DNA of 64,000 bases, from the NCBI GenBank assembly GCA_041662965.1, contig JBAZRI010000001.1, positions 99,680 to 163,679 of the forward strand, read 5' to 3'. The position numbers and the translations under genes are program-made. Positions 8,622 to 17,065 of this stretch are shown one piece after another; positions within the stretch are counted from its first letter, which is position 1, and each line of letters opens with the position of its first letter. The DNA comes from Patescibacteria group bacterium. Lineage in GTDB: Bacteria > Patescibacteriota > Patescibacteriia > Patescibacteriales > GWC2-42-12. The notes below the pieces were generated by a model. It ran no database searches. It was not told the DNA's origin and worked only from the letters and a program-made list of their open reading frames with translations.

Positions 8622-9752
8622 ATGGATTATTCTAAACCATCAATCGCTCTGCATAAAAAATTCAGAGGGAAAATTGAAATCAAAGCGAAAATCAAGCTAA
8701 AAACCAAAGATGATTTGTCGCTGGCTTATACGCCGGGCGTGGCCGCGGTGTCTTCGGCTATCGGCCGGGATAAAAAATTATCCTGGCAATTAACCAACCG
8801 CGCCAATCAGGTCGCGATCGTTACTGACGGCACGGCGATTTTAGGCTTGGGCGATTTAGGGCCGGAAGCGGCCATGCCGGTTATGGAAGGCAAGTCGGCG
8901 ATTTTTAAAGAGTTTGCCGATATTGACGCGGTGCCGCTATGCATCAATACGACCGACACGGAAGAAATTATTAATTTTTGCAAGCAGATTGAGCCGAGCT
9001 TCGGCGGCATAAATCTAGAAGATATTTCGGCTCCGCGCTGTTTTGAAATTTTGGAGCGGCTGGAAAAAGAATTGTCCATTCCGGTTTTTCATGACGATCA
9101 GGACGGCACGGCCATCGTGGTTTTAGCCGCTTTGATTAATGCCTGTAAAGTCATGGGCAAAGCCATGAAAAATTTGCGGATCGTCATAAACGGCGCCGGC
9201 GCGGCCGGCATCGCGGCGGCGCGCTTGCTTTTAGCGGTTGGCGTTAGCGATTTGATTTTACTGGACAGCCAAGGCATAATTTGCGCCGGCAGAGAAAATT
9301 TAAATCCGATTAAATGCAAGTTCGCTTTAAAGACTAATAAGAAGAAAATTAACGGCGGTTTGGCCGACGCTTTGCTCGGCGCCGATGTTTTTATAGGCCT
9401 GTCCAAGCCGAATTTAGTGACCGCGGCCATGGTTAAATCAATGAACCCGGAGCCGATTATTTTCGCCATGGCTAATCCTACGCCGGAAATTATGCCCGAC
9501 TTGGCTATAAAAGCTGGAGCCGGCATAGTTGGCACCGGCCGATCGGATTTTCCCAATCAGATTAACAACGCTTTGGTTTTTCCCGGAATTTTCCGCGGCC
9601 TGCTAGACAACCGGGTAAAACAGGTAACGACTAAAATAAAAATTAAAGCGGCTCTGGCTTTGGCCGGCGTCATTAAGCCGAGTAAAAATCAGATTTTGCC
9701 TTTGATTACGGATAAGAAAGTGGTCAAAGCCATAGCTAAAGCGGTGAGATAA
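8622..9752 (+). CDS. NAD(P)-dependent malic enzyme (short form)
   Basis: LSLAYTPGVA, VAIVTDGTAILGLGDLGPEAAMPVMEGKSAIFKEFADIDA and the Rossmann motif INGAGAAGIA. Confidence 0.85.
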   Translation: MDYSKPSIALHKKFRGKIEIKAKIKLKTKDDLSLAYTPGVAAVSSAIGRDKKLSWQLTNRANQVAIVTDGTAILGLGDLGPEAAMPVMEGKSAIFKEFADIDAVPLCINTTDTEEIINFCKQIEPSFGGINLEDISAPRCFEILERLEKELSIPVFHDDQDGTAIVVLAALINACKVMGKAMKNLRIVINGAGAAGIAAARLLLAVGVSDLILLDSQGIICAGRENLNPIKCKFALKTNKKKINGGLADALLGADVFIGLSKPNLVTAAMVKSMNPEPIIFAMANPTPEIMPDLAIKAGAGIVGTGRSDFPNQINNALVFPGIFRGLLDNRVKQVTTKIKIKAALALAGVIKPSKNQILPLITDKKVVKAIAKAVR

Positions 9753-9760
9753 ACATAATT

Positions 9761-9788
9761 TGTCATTGCGGCCACCGAGCCGCAATCT
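9761..9788. repeat. Family A repeat, short variant
   Basis: tgtcattgcggccaccgagccgcaatct is the reverse orientation of the 6529 copy. Confidence 0.7.
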
Positions 9789-9897
9789 AGTAATTAGCCG
9801 CAGGAAGATGAAACCCAATCCAACCGATTTACCTATTACTCATTTGAACATTTATTTATGCCTGTTTATATATATTATCATCCTGTCGCTCCGCTAG

Positions 9898-9950
9898 GGT
9901 TACTTTCTTATAACTAAGAAAGTAACCAAACCTGCCTGCCGGTAGGCAGG
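9898..9950. repeat. Perfect 12-bp-stem hairpin followed by a family B 20-bp palindrome
   Basis: gttactttcttataactaagaaagtaac, then cctgcctgccggtaggcagg (9931-9950). Confidence 0.75.
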
Positions 9951-10067
9951 GAAGTTTTGGGGTGCCTCAATTGGCTATCACGCCAATTAATCTTCCTGCT
10001 GTAAGCCATGTCGCCAATTCGTCACCCCAAACCCCAAGGTGATTTTAATTTATTTATTGAATTATAT

Positions 10068-10607
10068 ATGGAAAAGCCCAAACTTCTGCTTCATATCTGC
10101 TGCGTCGGCTGCGGCGTTTATGTCAGCCGGCAGCTTAAGCAGGATTATGATGTAATACTGTTTTTTTATAATCCCAATATTTGGCCGGAAGAAGAATATA
10201 AAAAGAGATTGGCCGAAGCGGAAAAAATAGCCGAACAATTTAATTTGGAGTTGATTAAAGGCGAGTATGAACATGATAAATGGCTTAAGGCGGCGCGCGG
10301 GCATGAAAGCGATCCGGAAAAAGGCCAGCGCTGCTTAATCTGCTATAAGTTCAGATTAGGCGCGGCCGCGGCCATGGCTAAAAAAATAAACTGCGCTTAT
10401 CTGGCAACCACTCTGACCACCAGCCCGCATAAAGACGCTTCGGCTATAAATAAAATCGGCGAGCAGGCGGCCGGGGAATACGGCTTGAAATTTTTAGCCG
10501 GCGATTTTAAAAAGCAAGACGGCTTTAAAAAATCAGCCGCGCTCGCCAAAGAACTAAATTTATACCGCCAGAATTATTGCGGCTGTGAATTCAGCCGTAA
10601 GGAATAA
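10068..10607 (+). CDS. queH: Epoxyqueuosine reductase QueH (DUF208)
   Basis: LLLHICCVGCG, FFYNPNIWPEEEY, RCLICYKFRL, LTTSPHKD and YRQNYCGCEFS. The track start at 10008 runs through intergenic repeats. Confidence 0.85.
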   Translation: MEKPKLLLHICCVGCGVYVSRQLKQDYDVILFFYNPNIWPEEEYKKRLAEAEKIAEQFNLELIKGEYEHDKWLKAARGHESDPEKGQRCLICYKFRLGAAAAMAKKINCAYLATTLTTSPHKDASAINKIGEQAAGEYGLKFLAGDFKKQDGFKKSAALAKELNLYRQNYCGCEFSRKE

Positions 10608-10638
10608 TAAGTTATAATTTGTCTTTCAGCGGTTTTTT

Positions 10639-10648
10639 ATGTTATAAT
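10639..10648 (+). promoter_or_regulatory. Extended -10 box (TGtTATAAT) within the shared motif agcggttt..atgttataat
   Basis: The same ~20-nt motif recurs at 13656-13674. It lies upstream of the 10680 gene. Confidence 0.4.
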
Positions 10649-10679
10649 TTAAGGAGTTTTATATATAATACATAATTCT

Positions 10680-11009
10680 ATGCTACCAGAAAAATGGCAG
10701 GAAATAGTCGGCAACATTAAAGACAATTTTAAAGTTGAAGAGAGCGGCAGCGAGCATCTTAACGACGAAGGCGGCGCGGATGTTGAATATATAGTTTTTA
10801 ACGGCCCTTTGGGCAGAATGAGATTGGAGTTTGTTTCCAAACCGGTAATTTTAGATAAAAAAACCAAATATTCAAACCGCATCGGTTCGGAAACGGTAAT
10901 TGATTATATCTACAGCCCGGATGAAAAATCCCATAAATTAAAAGCCTATAAATGGGATGAGGCGGTAAACGATTGGCTGGAAATGGAAGCTAAAAAGTTT
11001 GATTTATAA
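10680..11009 (+). CDS. Hypothetical protein
   Basis: Clean 109-aa ORF with coding-like composition. I recognise no family. Confidence 0.5.
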   Translation: MLPEKWQEIVGNIKDNFKVEESGSEHLNDEGGADVEYIVFNGPLGRMRLEFVSKPVILDKKTKYSNRIGSETVIDYIYSPDEKSHKLKAYKWDEAVNDWLEMEAKKFDL

Positions 11010-11013
11010 AAGC

Positions 11014-11158
11014 TTTAAAAACTTTTTTAGAAAAAGTTTTTCCCCCTCCGGGGATAAATAATATTTTCAAAAAATATATTGTATCAAATAAAATTTTATA
11101 GCGGGCAAACCTGCCTGCCGGTAGGCAGGGCCCTACGGCCATAAAATTTTAATTTGAT
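11014..11158. repeat. Family C intergenic element, copy 1 (carries a nested family B palindrome at 11110-11129)
   Basis: Shares aaaaactttttt-agaaaaagtttt, ttcaaaaaatata, and the long hairpin atcaaataaaattttatagcgggcaaa...ccctacggccataaaattttaatttgat with copies 2 and 3. Confidence 0.8.
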
Positions 11159-11187
11159 GATTTCCGACTTTAAAAACTTTTTCCCCG

Positions 11188-11625
11188 ATGAGCGGGATAA
11201 ACAAAAAATATATGGACAAAAAACAAGTCACCTTGATTTTTCTGTTAGCGATTTTATTTGCACTGGTTTTGTATTTAATTTTTACTTCAGGATCAATCAA
11301 AGAGGCGGGTAAGCCCGCGGAGCAGACAAAGCAGGATAATTCCGCTTTGCTGGAAAACGATTATAAGCTAAAGGCTAAAGAATTTTTTACGGCTTTTGAA
11401 AATTTAATCAAGGACAGCAGTTTTACCGAAGAAAACATTACGGAATTGAAAAATAAATTGTTAAGCTTAAAAGTGCCGGTAAAATTTAAAGAGCTGCACA
11501 TACAATTTGTCTTGGCTTTGACTAAAATGGAAAATTATTTCAGGCAAAAAGACGAGCAGGAAAAAAGCAATAGCTTGCAGGCGGTTAACCAGCTAAAGGC
11601 TGACTATAGCTGGTTAAATAAATAA
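11188..11625 (+). CDS. Hypothetical membrane-anchored protein
   Basis: Single N-terminal TM (VTLIFLLAILFALVLYLIF) followed by a helical soluble domain. Confidence 0.5.
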   Translation: MSGINKKYMDKKQVTLIFLLAILFALVLYLIFTSGSIKEAGKPAEQTKQDNSALLENDYKLKAKEFFTAFENLIKDSSFTEENITELKNKLLSLKVPVKFKELHIQFVLALTKMENYFRQKDEQEKSNSLQAVNQLKADYSWLNK

Positions 11626-11657
11626 GCCATAAATTTTTTATTTGATAGAATATTTAC

Positions 11658-12419
11658 ATGAAATTAAATCGTCTTCTGCCATTAATTATACCTTTAGCGG
11701 TTTATGCTTTGGCTGAAATGTATTTTTTTTATCCCAAGCTGATTTATCTGGCCGTTGTTTTAATAAATTTGTTGATATTTTTCGCGGTTTGGCAGTTTTG
11801 CCGGGCGAGCCAAGTTGATAAAGAGTGGTGGAATTATTTAATCTTGCCGGCCGTTATGTCTACGGCCGTTATGGCCTACTCGGTTTTTTTAAGCTCTAAA
11901 GCGGCGATTCAGCTGCTGTTTATTTTAAATTTGGTGTTTTTGTATTTTTATTTGCGCTATATTTATTATTATCTTTTAAGCCCGAGCCAATACGAAATTT
12001 TCAGCATAGAGAATTTTTCTTCTTACGTTAGCTGGTTCAGTTTTTTTCTTTTTTCGGCCACGATATACGGCTTACAGTCATTTTTAAATTTACCGATTTT
12101 CCGCCTGGCGTTAATTATGCTAGCCGTAGCGGCTTTAATCGTTTATCAGGTTATCTGGGTGAATAAGATTGATTTTAAAAAAGGTTTGCCCTATATTTTA
12201 ATTAGTTGTTTTATTTTAGTTGAATTATGCTGGTCAATTTCTTTTTTGCCTTTTAATTATAATATTTCCGGGCTTTGCCTGGCTATTTGCTTTTACGTGA
12301 TTATCGGCCTGATTAAAAACCATTTGCTTGATAAATTGGATATGGCCAGAATAAAAATGTATTTAATTTTAGGGTCAGCCAGTTTATTATTAATATTATT
12401 CACGGCCCGGTGGCTTTAG
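11658..12419 (+). CDS. Hypothetical polytopic membrane protein
   Basis: About 8 hydrophobic segments across 253 aa. No recognisable motifs. Confidence 0.55.
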   Translation: MKLNRLLPLIIPLAVYALAEMYFFYPKLIYLAVVLINLLIFFAVWQFCRASQVDKEWWNYLILPAVMSTAVMAYSVFLSSKAAIQLLFILNLVFLYFYLRYIYYYLLSPSQYEIFSIENFSSYVSWFSFFLFSATIYGLQSFLNLPIFRLALIMLAVAALIVYQVIWVNKIDFKKGLPYILISCFILVELCWSISFLPFNYNISGLCLAICFYVIIGLIKNHLLDKLDMARIKMYLILGSASLLLILFTARWL

Positions 12420-12449
12420 CGCGTTTTAATAATTAATTTTTTTAAAGCT

Positions 12450-13601
12450 ATGAATTATATAAAAGAATTTTTTAAAAAACATAAATTTGTTTTTCTGGCG
12501 GTAATTATTTTAATTTTAGGAATTGGCGGCGGCTTATTCGGCGATATAATCGCTAAGTCTTATTTGTTCGACGCCTCGTCTGGTTTTTCTTTCGGTAATT
12601 TTGATTTTTCCCAGGGGCAATTCAGGGATCAGGGCATAGTAATCAGCAATGCTAAAAATGTTATCGTGCAAGAGGACGTAAAAATAGAAGAAACCATTAA
12701 TTCGGTTGGCGCCAGCCTGGCCGGCATTTATAAAAAGCAGAAACTTATTAAGTCAAGCAATGTTTTTTCTCCGAATAATTTTTATAAAATAAGCGACGCG
12801 GCCGGGCAGGGCTTTATCATAACTTCGGACGGCTGGATAGTAACTACCTTAGCGCTGGATAAAATCTACGCCGATTATGTGGTTATTACCAAAGATAAAA
12901 AAATATACCAGATTGACAAAGCCGTTAGCGACAGTGCTACCGGATTTAATTTTATTCATGTCGCGGCCAGAGATTTCCCGGTGAGGAAATTCGCGGCCAA
13001 GCAGGATATTAAGAGAGGCAATTCAACTGTTAGCGTAAATTGGCTGGAATTAAGCTGGGTTTCTTCAGTTCTCGGATTTAAAGAAAAAAGCGGGCTCGTA
13101 GAGTCAAGCGATAATTTTTCCACCAAGTTAATTTTAAATAATGGCGTGCCGGAGGAGTTTAAAGGTTCGGTTGTTTTTAATTTGGCCGGCGACGCTTTAG
13201 GAATAGTTGACGCCAAAGGAGAAATTGAGCCTATGGCGCATTTGGCGGCCGTGGTTAATAGTTTGTTTAAAAATAAAGCTATAATCAGGCCGAGTCTGGG
13301 AATTAATTATATTAATTTAGCGCTATTTGTCGCTATAGATGAGCAAAATAATTATTGGCAGAAGGGCGTAATTATCTATAAAGATCAAAAAGGCATCGCG
13401 GTTAAAAAAGGCAGTCCGGCGGCTTTGGCCGGTTTGCGCGAGCAGGATATTATAATTTCGGTTGATAATGTTAATCTTGATAAAAGCAACGGTTTGGCGG
13501 ATATTATTCAGAGCCGCGCGGCCGGAGATAAAATCAATTTAGTGATTATGCGCGATGGCGTTCAAAAAGAAGTTGAAGTTGTTTTAGCGGAGCAGAAATA
13601 G
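12450..13601 (+). CDS. HtrA/DegP-like protein with PDZ domain, catalytic motifs degenerate
   Basis: N-terminal TM, a trypsin-fold-like GQGFIITSDGWIVTT, and a C-terminal PDZ (GSPAALAGLREQDIIISVDNVNL). The expected TNxHV His and the GNSGGP Ser motifs are not recognisable. Confidence 0.6.
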   Translation: MNYIKEFFKKHKFVFLAVIILILGIGGGLFGDIIAKSYLFDASSGFSFGNFDFSQGQFRDQGIVISNAKNVIVQEDVKIEETINSVGASLAGIYKKQKLIKSSNVFSPNNFYKISDAAGQGFIITSDGWIVTTLALDKIYADYVVITKDKKIYQIDKAVSDSATGFNFIHVAARDFPVRKFAAKQDIKRGNSTVSVNWLELSWVSSVLGFKEKSGLVESSDNFSTKLILNNGVPEEFKGSVVFNLAGDALGIVDAKGEIEPMAHLAAVVNSLFKNKAIIRPSLGINYINLALFVAIDEQNNYWQKGVIIYKDQKGIAVKKGSPAALAGLREQDIIISVDNVNLDKSNGLADIIQSRAAGDKINLVIMRDGVQKEVEVVLAEQK

Positions 13602-13665
13602 AAAAAAGCGATAAATCACAGCCTGCTTAGCCTAAGTTACGCAGGTTTTTATTTTAAGCGGTTTA

Positions 13666-13674
13666 TGTTATAAT
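13666..13674 (+). promoter_or_regulatory. Extended -10 box (TGtTATAAT) within the shared motif aagcggtttatgttataat
   Basis: See 10639. It lies after a candidate terminator hairpin (13621-13650) and upstream of pgk. Confidence 0.4.
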
Positions 13675-13699
13675 AATGAGTATTAGATACGACATTTTA

Positions 13700-13819
13700 G
13701 CTTACACAAAATTTATTAAATTTTCTACTGCGCCTGCCTGCCGGTAGGCAGGGAACTCGTCCGCCTATTGGCGTCCTCAAACAGTCCTCGCACGAAAATT
13801 TAACAAATTTTGTGTAAGC
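13700..13819. repeat. Composite hairpin element E1 (conserved core + family B palindrome, copy-specific 26-bp closing stem)
   Basis: The arms gcttacacaaaatttattaaattttc and gaaaatttaacaaattttgtgtaagc pair with 1 mismatch. The core is tactgcg-[cctgcctgccggtaggcagg]-gaactcgtccg...ctcaaacagtcctcgcac. Confidence 0.85.
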
Positions 13820-13843
13820 AATCGATGGTAAGTAATAGTGTTT

Positions 13844-14995
13844 ATGAAGATAAAATCCATTAGAAATGTTAAAAATTTGGCGGGCAAGGCTGTTTTATTG
13901 CGCGCTGACTTGAACGTGCCGATGAAAAATCGCCTGATTAAGAGCGAATATAAAATTGTAGCGACGCTACCTACCATCCGCTATTTATTAAGGCATAACT
14001 CAAAAATAATCATCGCTACCCACATGGATAAGGATAATTCGGCTAAACCGGCGGCTAAAAGATTAGCCGAGCTTCTAAATAAGAAGATACTATTCCTTAA
14101 TGACTGCGCCGGCAGAAAAGCCAAAGAAGCCGCGGGGAAAATGGAAAATAGGGACATAATTTTTTTGGAAAATTTGCGCTTTAATCCGGGCGAGGAAGAA
14201 AATGATAAAAAATTCGCCAGGGAGCTGGCCGGCTTGGCTGATATTTACGTCAACGATTCTTTCGGCGTTGACCACCGCGACCACGCCTCGCTTAGCGCCA
14301 TTAAAAAATATCTGCCTAGTTACGCCGGCCTGCTTTTAGAAAAAGAAATTTTAAATTTGCATAAAATTTTAGAGCCTAAAGAGCCTTTGATTGCCATAAT
14401 CGGCGGCGCTAAAATCCAGACTAAAATTTCCTTGATAAAAAAATTAGCTAAAAAATCCTACCGGGTTTTAATCGGCGGCGCTTTGGCTAATAATTTTATC
14501 GCCGCCCATGGTTTTAAAATCGGCAAGTCGCTCGCCGATAAAGCCAGCATAAAAATAGCGGCCGAGCTGGCTAAAAAATATAAAAATATCCTTTTGCCGG
14601 TTGACGTTATCGTGGCTAAAAAAATTAACAGTAAAAACGCGGAAGTTAAGCCGGTCAACCAGGTAGCTAAAGACGATATTATTTTAGATATCGGGCCGCG
14701 GACGGTTAAATTATTCGTAAATTTTATCAGGCAGGCCAACACCATAATTTGGAACGGCCCGCTGGGCTATTTTGAAAATGAGCATTTTAAGCACGGCACT
14801 TTGTCCATCGCCCGCTTCGTGGCCGCCCGCTCCACCGGTTCGGCTTTCGGCGCGGTCGGCGGCGGCGAAACCATTGAAGCGCTGAAGCTTACTAAAATGG
14901 ATCATTATATTGACTGGATTTCCACCGGCGGGGGAGCCATGCTGGCTTATTTAAGCGGCGAGAAGATGCCCGGGCTCAAAGGGATTGTGAAATAA
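13844..14995 (+). CDS. pgk: Phosphoglycerate kinase
   Basis: LRADLNVP, FLENLRFNPGEE, YVNDSFGVDHRDHAS and GGGAMLAYL. The first ATG is at 13844; the track start at 13838 is GTG. Confidence 0.9.
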   Translation: MKIKSIRNVKNLAGKAVLLRADLNVPMKNRLIKSEYKIVATLPTIRYLLRHNSKIIIATHMDKDNSAKPAAKRLAELLNKKILFLNDCAGRKAKEAAGKMENRDIIFLENLRFNPGEEENDKKFARELAGLADIYVNDSFGVDHRDHASLSAIKKYLPSYAGLLLEKEILNLHKILEPKEPLIAIIGGAKIQTKISLIKKLAKKSYRVLIGGALANNFIAAHGFKIGKSLADKASIKIAAELAKKYKNILLPVDVIVAKKINSKNAEVKPVNQVAKDDIILDIGPRTVKLFVNFIRQANTIIWNGPLGYFENEHFKHGTLSIARFVAARSTGSAFGAVGGGETIEALKLTKMDHYIDWISTGGGAMLAYLSGEKMPGLKGIVK

Positions 14996-15030
14996 TTTTT
15001 TTTAAAATATTTATTAATTAAAAAAAGTTT

Positions 15031-17019
15031 ATGAAAAAATTAAAGTTCGGAAAAATGTTCGTGGCTATAACTTTTTTTATCATAACAAGCGTTGTTGGTA
15101 TTTTAAGCGTTTTGTCAGTTAAAGCGACCGATGATCTCTCTTGCGCTCAAGTTATTACTCCGGCTCAAAATTCCACAACCGGTGAATGTAAAGATTTTTC
15201 TACTCCTTGCGATGTACCGGTCGGATGGAACAAGGTAGAAAGTTGTCCGATTTCTTCGGATAAATTAACTATTACTGTCCTTTCGCCGAACGGCGGGGAA
15301 ACATGGGCAAAAGGAACAAAACAGACGATTAAGTGGCAAGACAACACGCCCACGCCGACATGTACCAACTCAACCTCTTCTGGTATTTCCTCAACTTGCG
15401 CTGATAATGCGCGTTTGTATGATATCAATCTAGTCACTTATTCCTCGCCTTGCCCGGCAGGTATGGCTTGCGTGCAATCTGCTTCCGCTATCTACAAAAT
15501 TGTTAAAAATATTTCTGTCAACTATTACAATTGGATTATTGGCGCGATTCAAGAACTATCCGACGGACTTGTTCCTGAAGGTTCTTATACCATTCAAGTT
15601 TGCCAGTCTGGCACTTCAACTTGCGACTCAAGCGATAGCTATTTTAAGATTGCCGATCAGCCGAAGGTATGTGCTGCTTGTGTCGGTGGAGCAGATACCG
15701 GGAAGACAGATGCAAATGGTTGCCCAATTTATTTATGTCCGGGGCAAACATGTGGTGTGCCTGTCTGCAAAGATGGTTCCAAACTTTATGATACCGGAAA
15801 AATAAACTCTTTTGGCTGTATAATTCATGAGTGCGTAAGCCAAACTTGCAGCAGGCCTGTCTGTGATGGCGGCAATTTTATCAATACAGGAAAAGTAGAT
15901 TCAAGCGGCTGTACGGTTTATTCATGCCAAGAAACTAATGTTATTTCCGAAAAGGTGAAATGTTGGTTTAAAGGCTCGCAAACCGAACAAAAGTGTTATG
16001 CCGCGGTTGATAATGATGGCCTTAGTTGCTCCGGCAAAGAATCTTGCATTATGGATGTTGTTAGAACTAAAGGAGAAAAAATAACCTGGAAAAGTTCTTG
16101 CGGCGGTTATGCCTATACGACGATGGATGGAACCGGCGGATATGATGGGCGCGGTGAGTATGCGGAATTTAATTGCGTCCCTGCCGCCATTCCCTCTGAT
16201 GTTTCTACCCTTCCTGCTACCACCAAAGTCCAGGCTCCAACCGCAACTCCTAAAATAACGGAAAATAAAGTAGAAATAATTGAAATGAAATATATAGCCA
16301 AAGACATGGCTGACGACAAATACGACTCTATTCTTTCCGAGCTTAAACAGCTTCGCAATATCGTTAAAGAACAGCAGAATGAAATTAAATATTTAAAATC
16401 ATTAGCCAGCGATTTAAAAGATTTATCGGAAAAAATGAAAAATGCGATTAATGATTTTATTACTTACGGCGTTGACGCTAATACGGTGAAGCTGGGCGCC
16501 GGCGAGAGGGCGGCGGTTATTAATTCTTATAAAGCGGCCTTCGCAAAATTACCGGAAACCGAAGCTGAATTAACCGATGCCATTAAAATCGCCAATGGCC
16601 GATTTCCGTCATTGATCAGCGATAAAGCCGAGAAAGCGGCTAAAGAGCAGTTTATTAAAATTTATAAGAGAGTTCCGGATTTAAATGATCCTAAAGATAA
16701 TGTCGCTATTAAAGTTATGGCTTACGGGCTAAGGCAGAAAGCGGAAAACAGGAATTTAAACAGCGAAAAGTCCGGCATTAAAACTTTCAAGAGTATCTAC
16801 GGCTATACGCCGAAAACCACCGAAGATTGGAACACCATGCAAGCCATTACTTATTCAGGCGCGGCTCGCGAGAAAGATTCTGACGGCGATTTATTGTCCG
16901 ACGAGATGGAAGCGCAATATGGAACTAATCCGAACAAAGCCGATACCGACGGCGACGGCTTTAAAGACGGCGCAGAAGTGAACGGCGGCTTTAATCCGAA
17001 AGGAGAAGGCAAGTTATAA
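15031..17019 (+). CDS. Secreted multidomain protein: Cys-rich triple repeat, coiled coil, C-terminal Ca-binding (thrombospondin type-3-like) D-x-D-G-D repeats
   Basis: Signal/TM at the N-terminus. Three units of about 29 aa follow the pattern C..C......TGK.D..GC....C. The C-terminal repeats are DSDGDLLSDEME and DTDGDGFKDGAE. Confidence 0.6.
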   Translation: MKKLKFGKMFVAITFFIITSVVGILSVLSVKATDDLSCAQVITPAQNSTTGECKDFSTPCDVPVGWNKVESCPISSDKLTITVLSPNGGETWAKGTKQTIKWQDNTPTPTCTNSTSSGISSTCADNARLYDINLVTYSSPCPAGMACVQSASAIYKIVKNISVNYYNWIIGAIQELSDGLVPEGSYTIQVCQSGTSTCDSSDSYFKIADQPKVCAACVGGADTGKTDANGCPIYLCPGQTCGVPVCKDGSKLYDTGKINSFGCIIHECVSQTCSRPVCDGGNFINTGKVDSSGCTVYSCQETNVISEKVKCWFKGSQTEQKCYAAVDNDGLSCSGKESCIMDVVRTKGEKITWKSSCGGYAYTTMDGTGGYDGRGEYAEFNCVPAAIPSDVSTLPATTKVQAPTATPKITENKVEIIEMKYIAKDMADDKYDSILSELKQLRNIVKEQQNEIKYLKSLASDLKDLSEKMKNAINDFITYGVDANTVKLGAGERAAVINSYKAAFAKLPETEAELTDAIKIANGRFPSLISDKAEKAAKEQFIKIYKRVPDLNDPKDNVAIKVMAYGLRQKAENRNLNSEKSGIKTFKSIYGYTPKTTEDWNTMQAITYSGAAREKDSDGDLLSDEMEAQYGTNPNKADTDGDGFKDGAEVNGGFNPKGEGKL

Positions 17020-17065
17020 TTTTAATGAATAATAATTAACGTGGGGCTAGCACCCCTTAAAATCT

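Noticed and set aside
9753-10067. Looked for a preQ1 riboswitch or other known ncRNA (SRP RNA, 6S) in the 315-bp structured region upstream of queH.
   Set aside because: I could not find the preQ1-I/II consensus or the SRP domain IV motif (GGAAGCAGCC-type). The structure is explained by nested palindromic repeats: a family A short copy, a 12-bp-stem hairpin and a family B palindrome. A covariance-model scan would be the decisive test.
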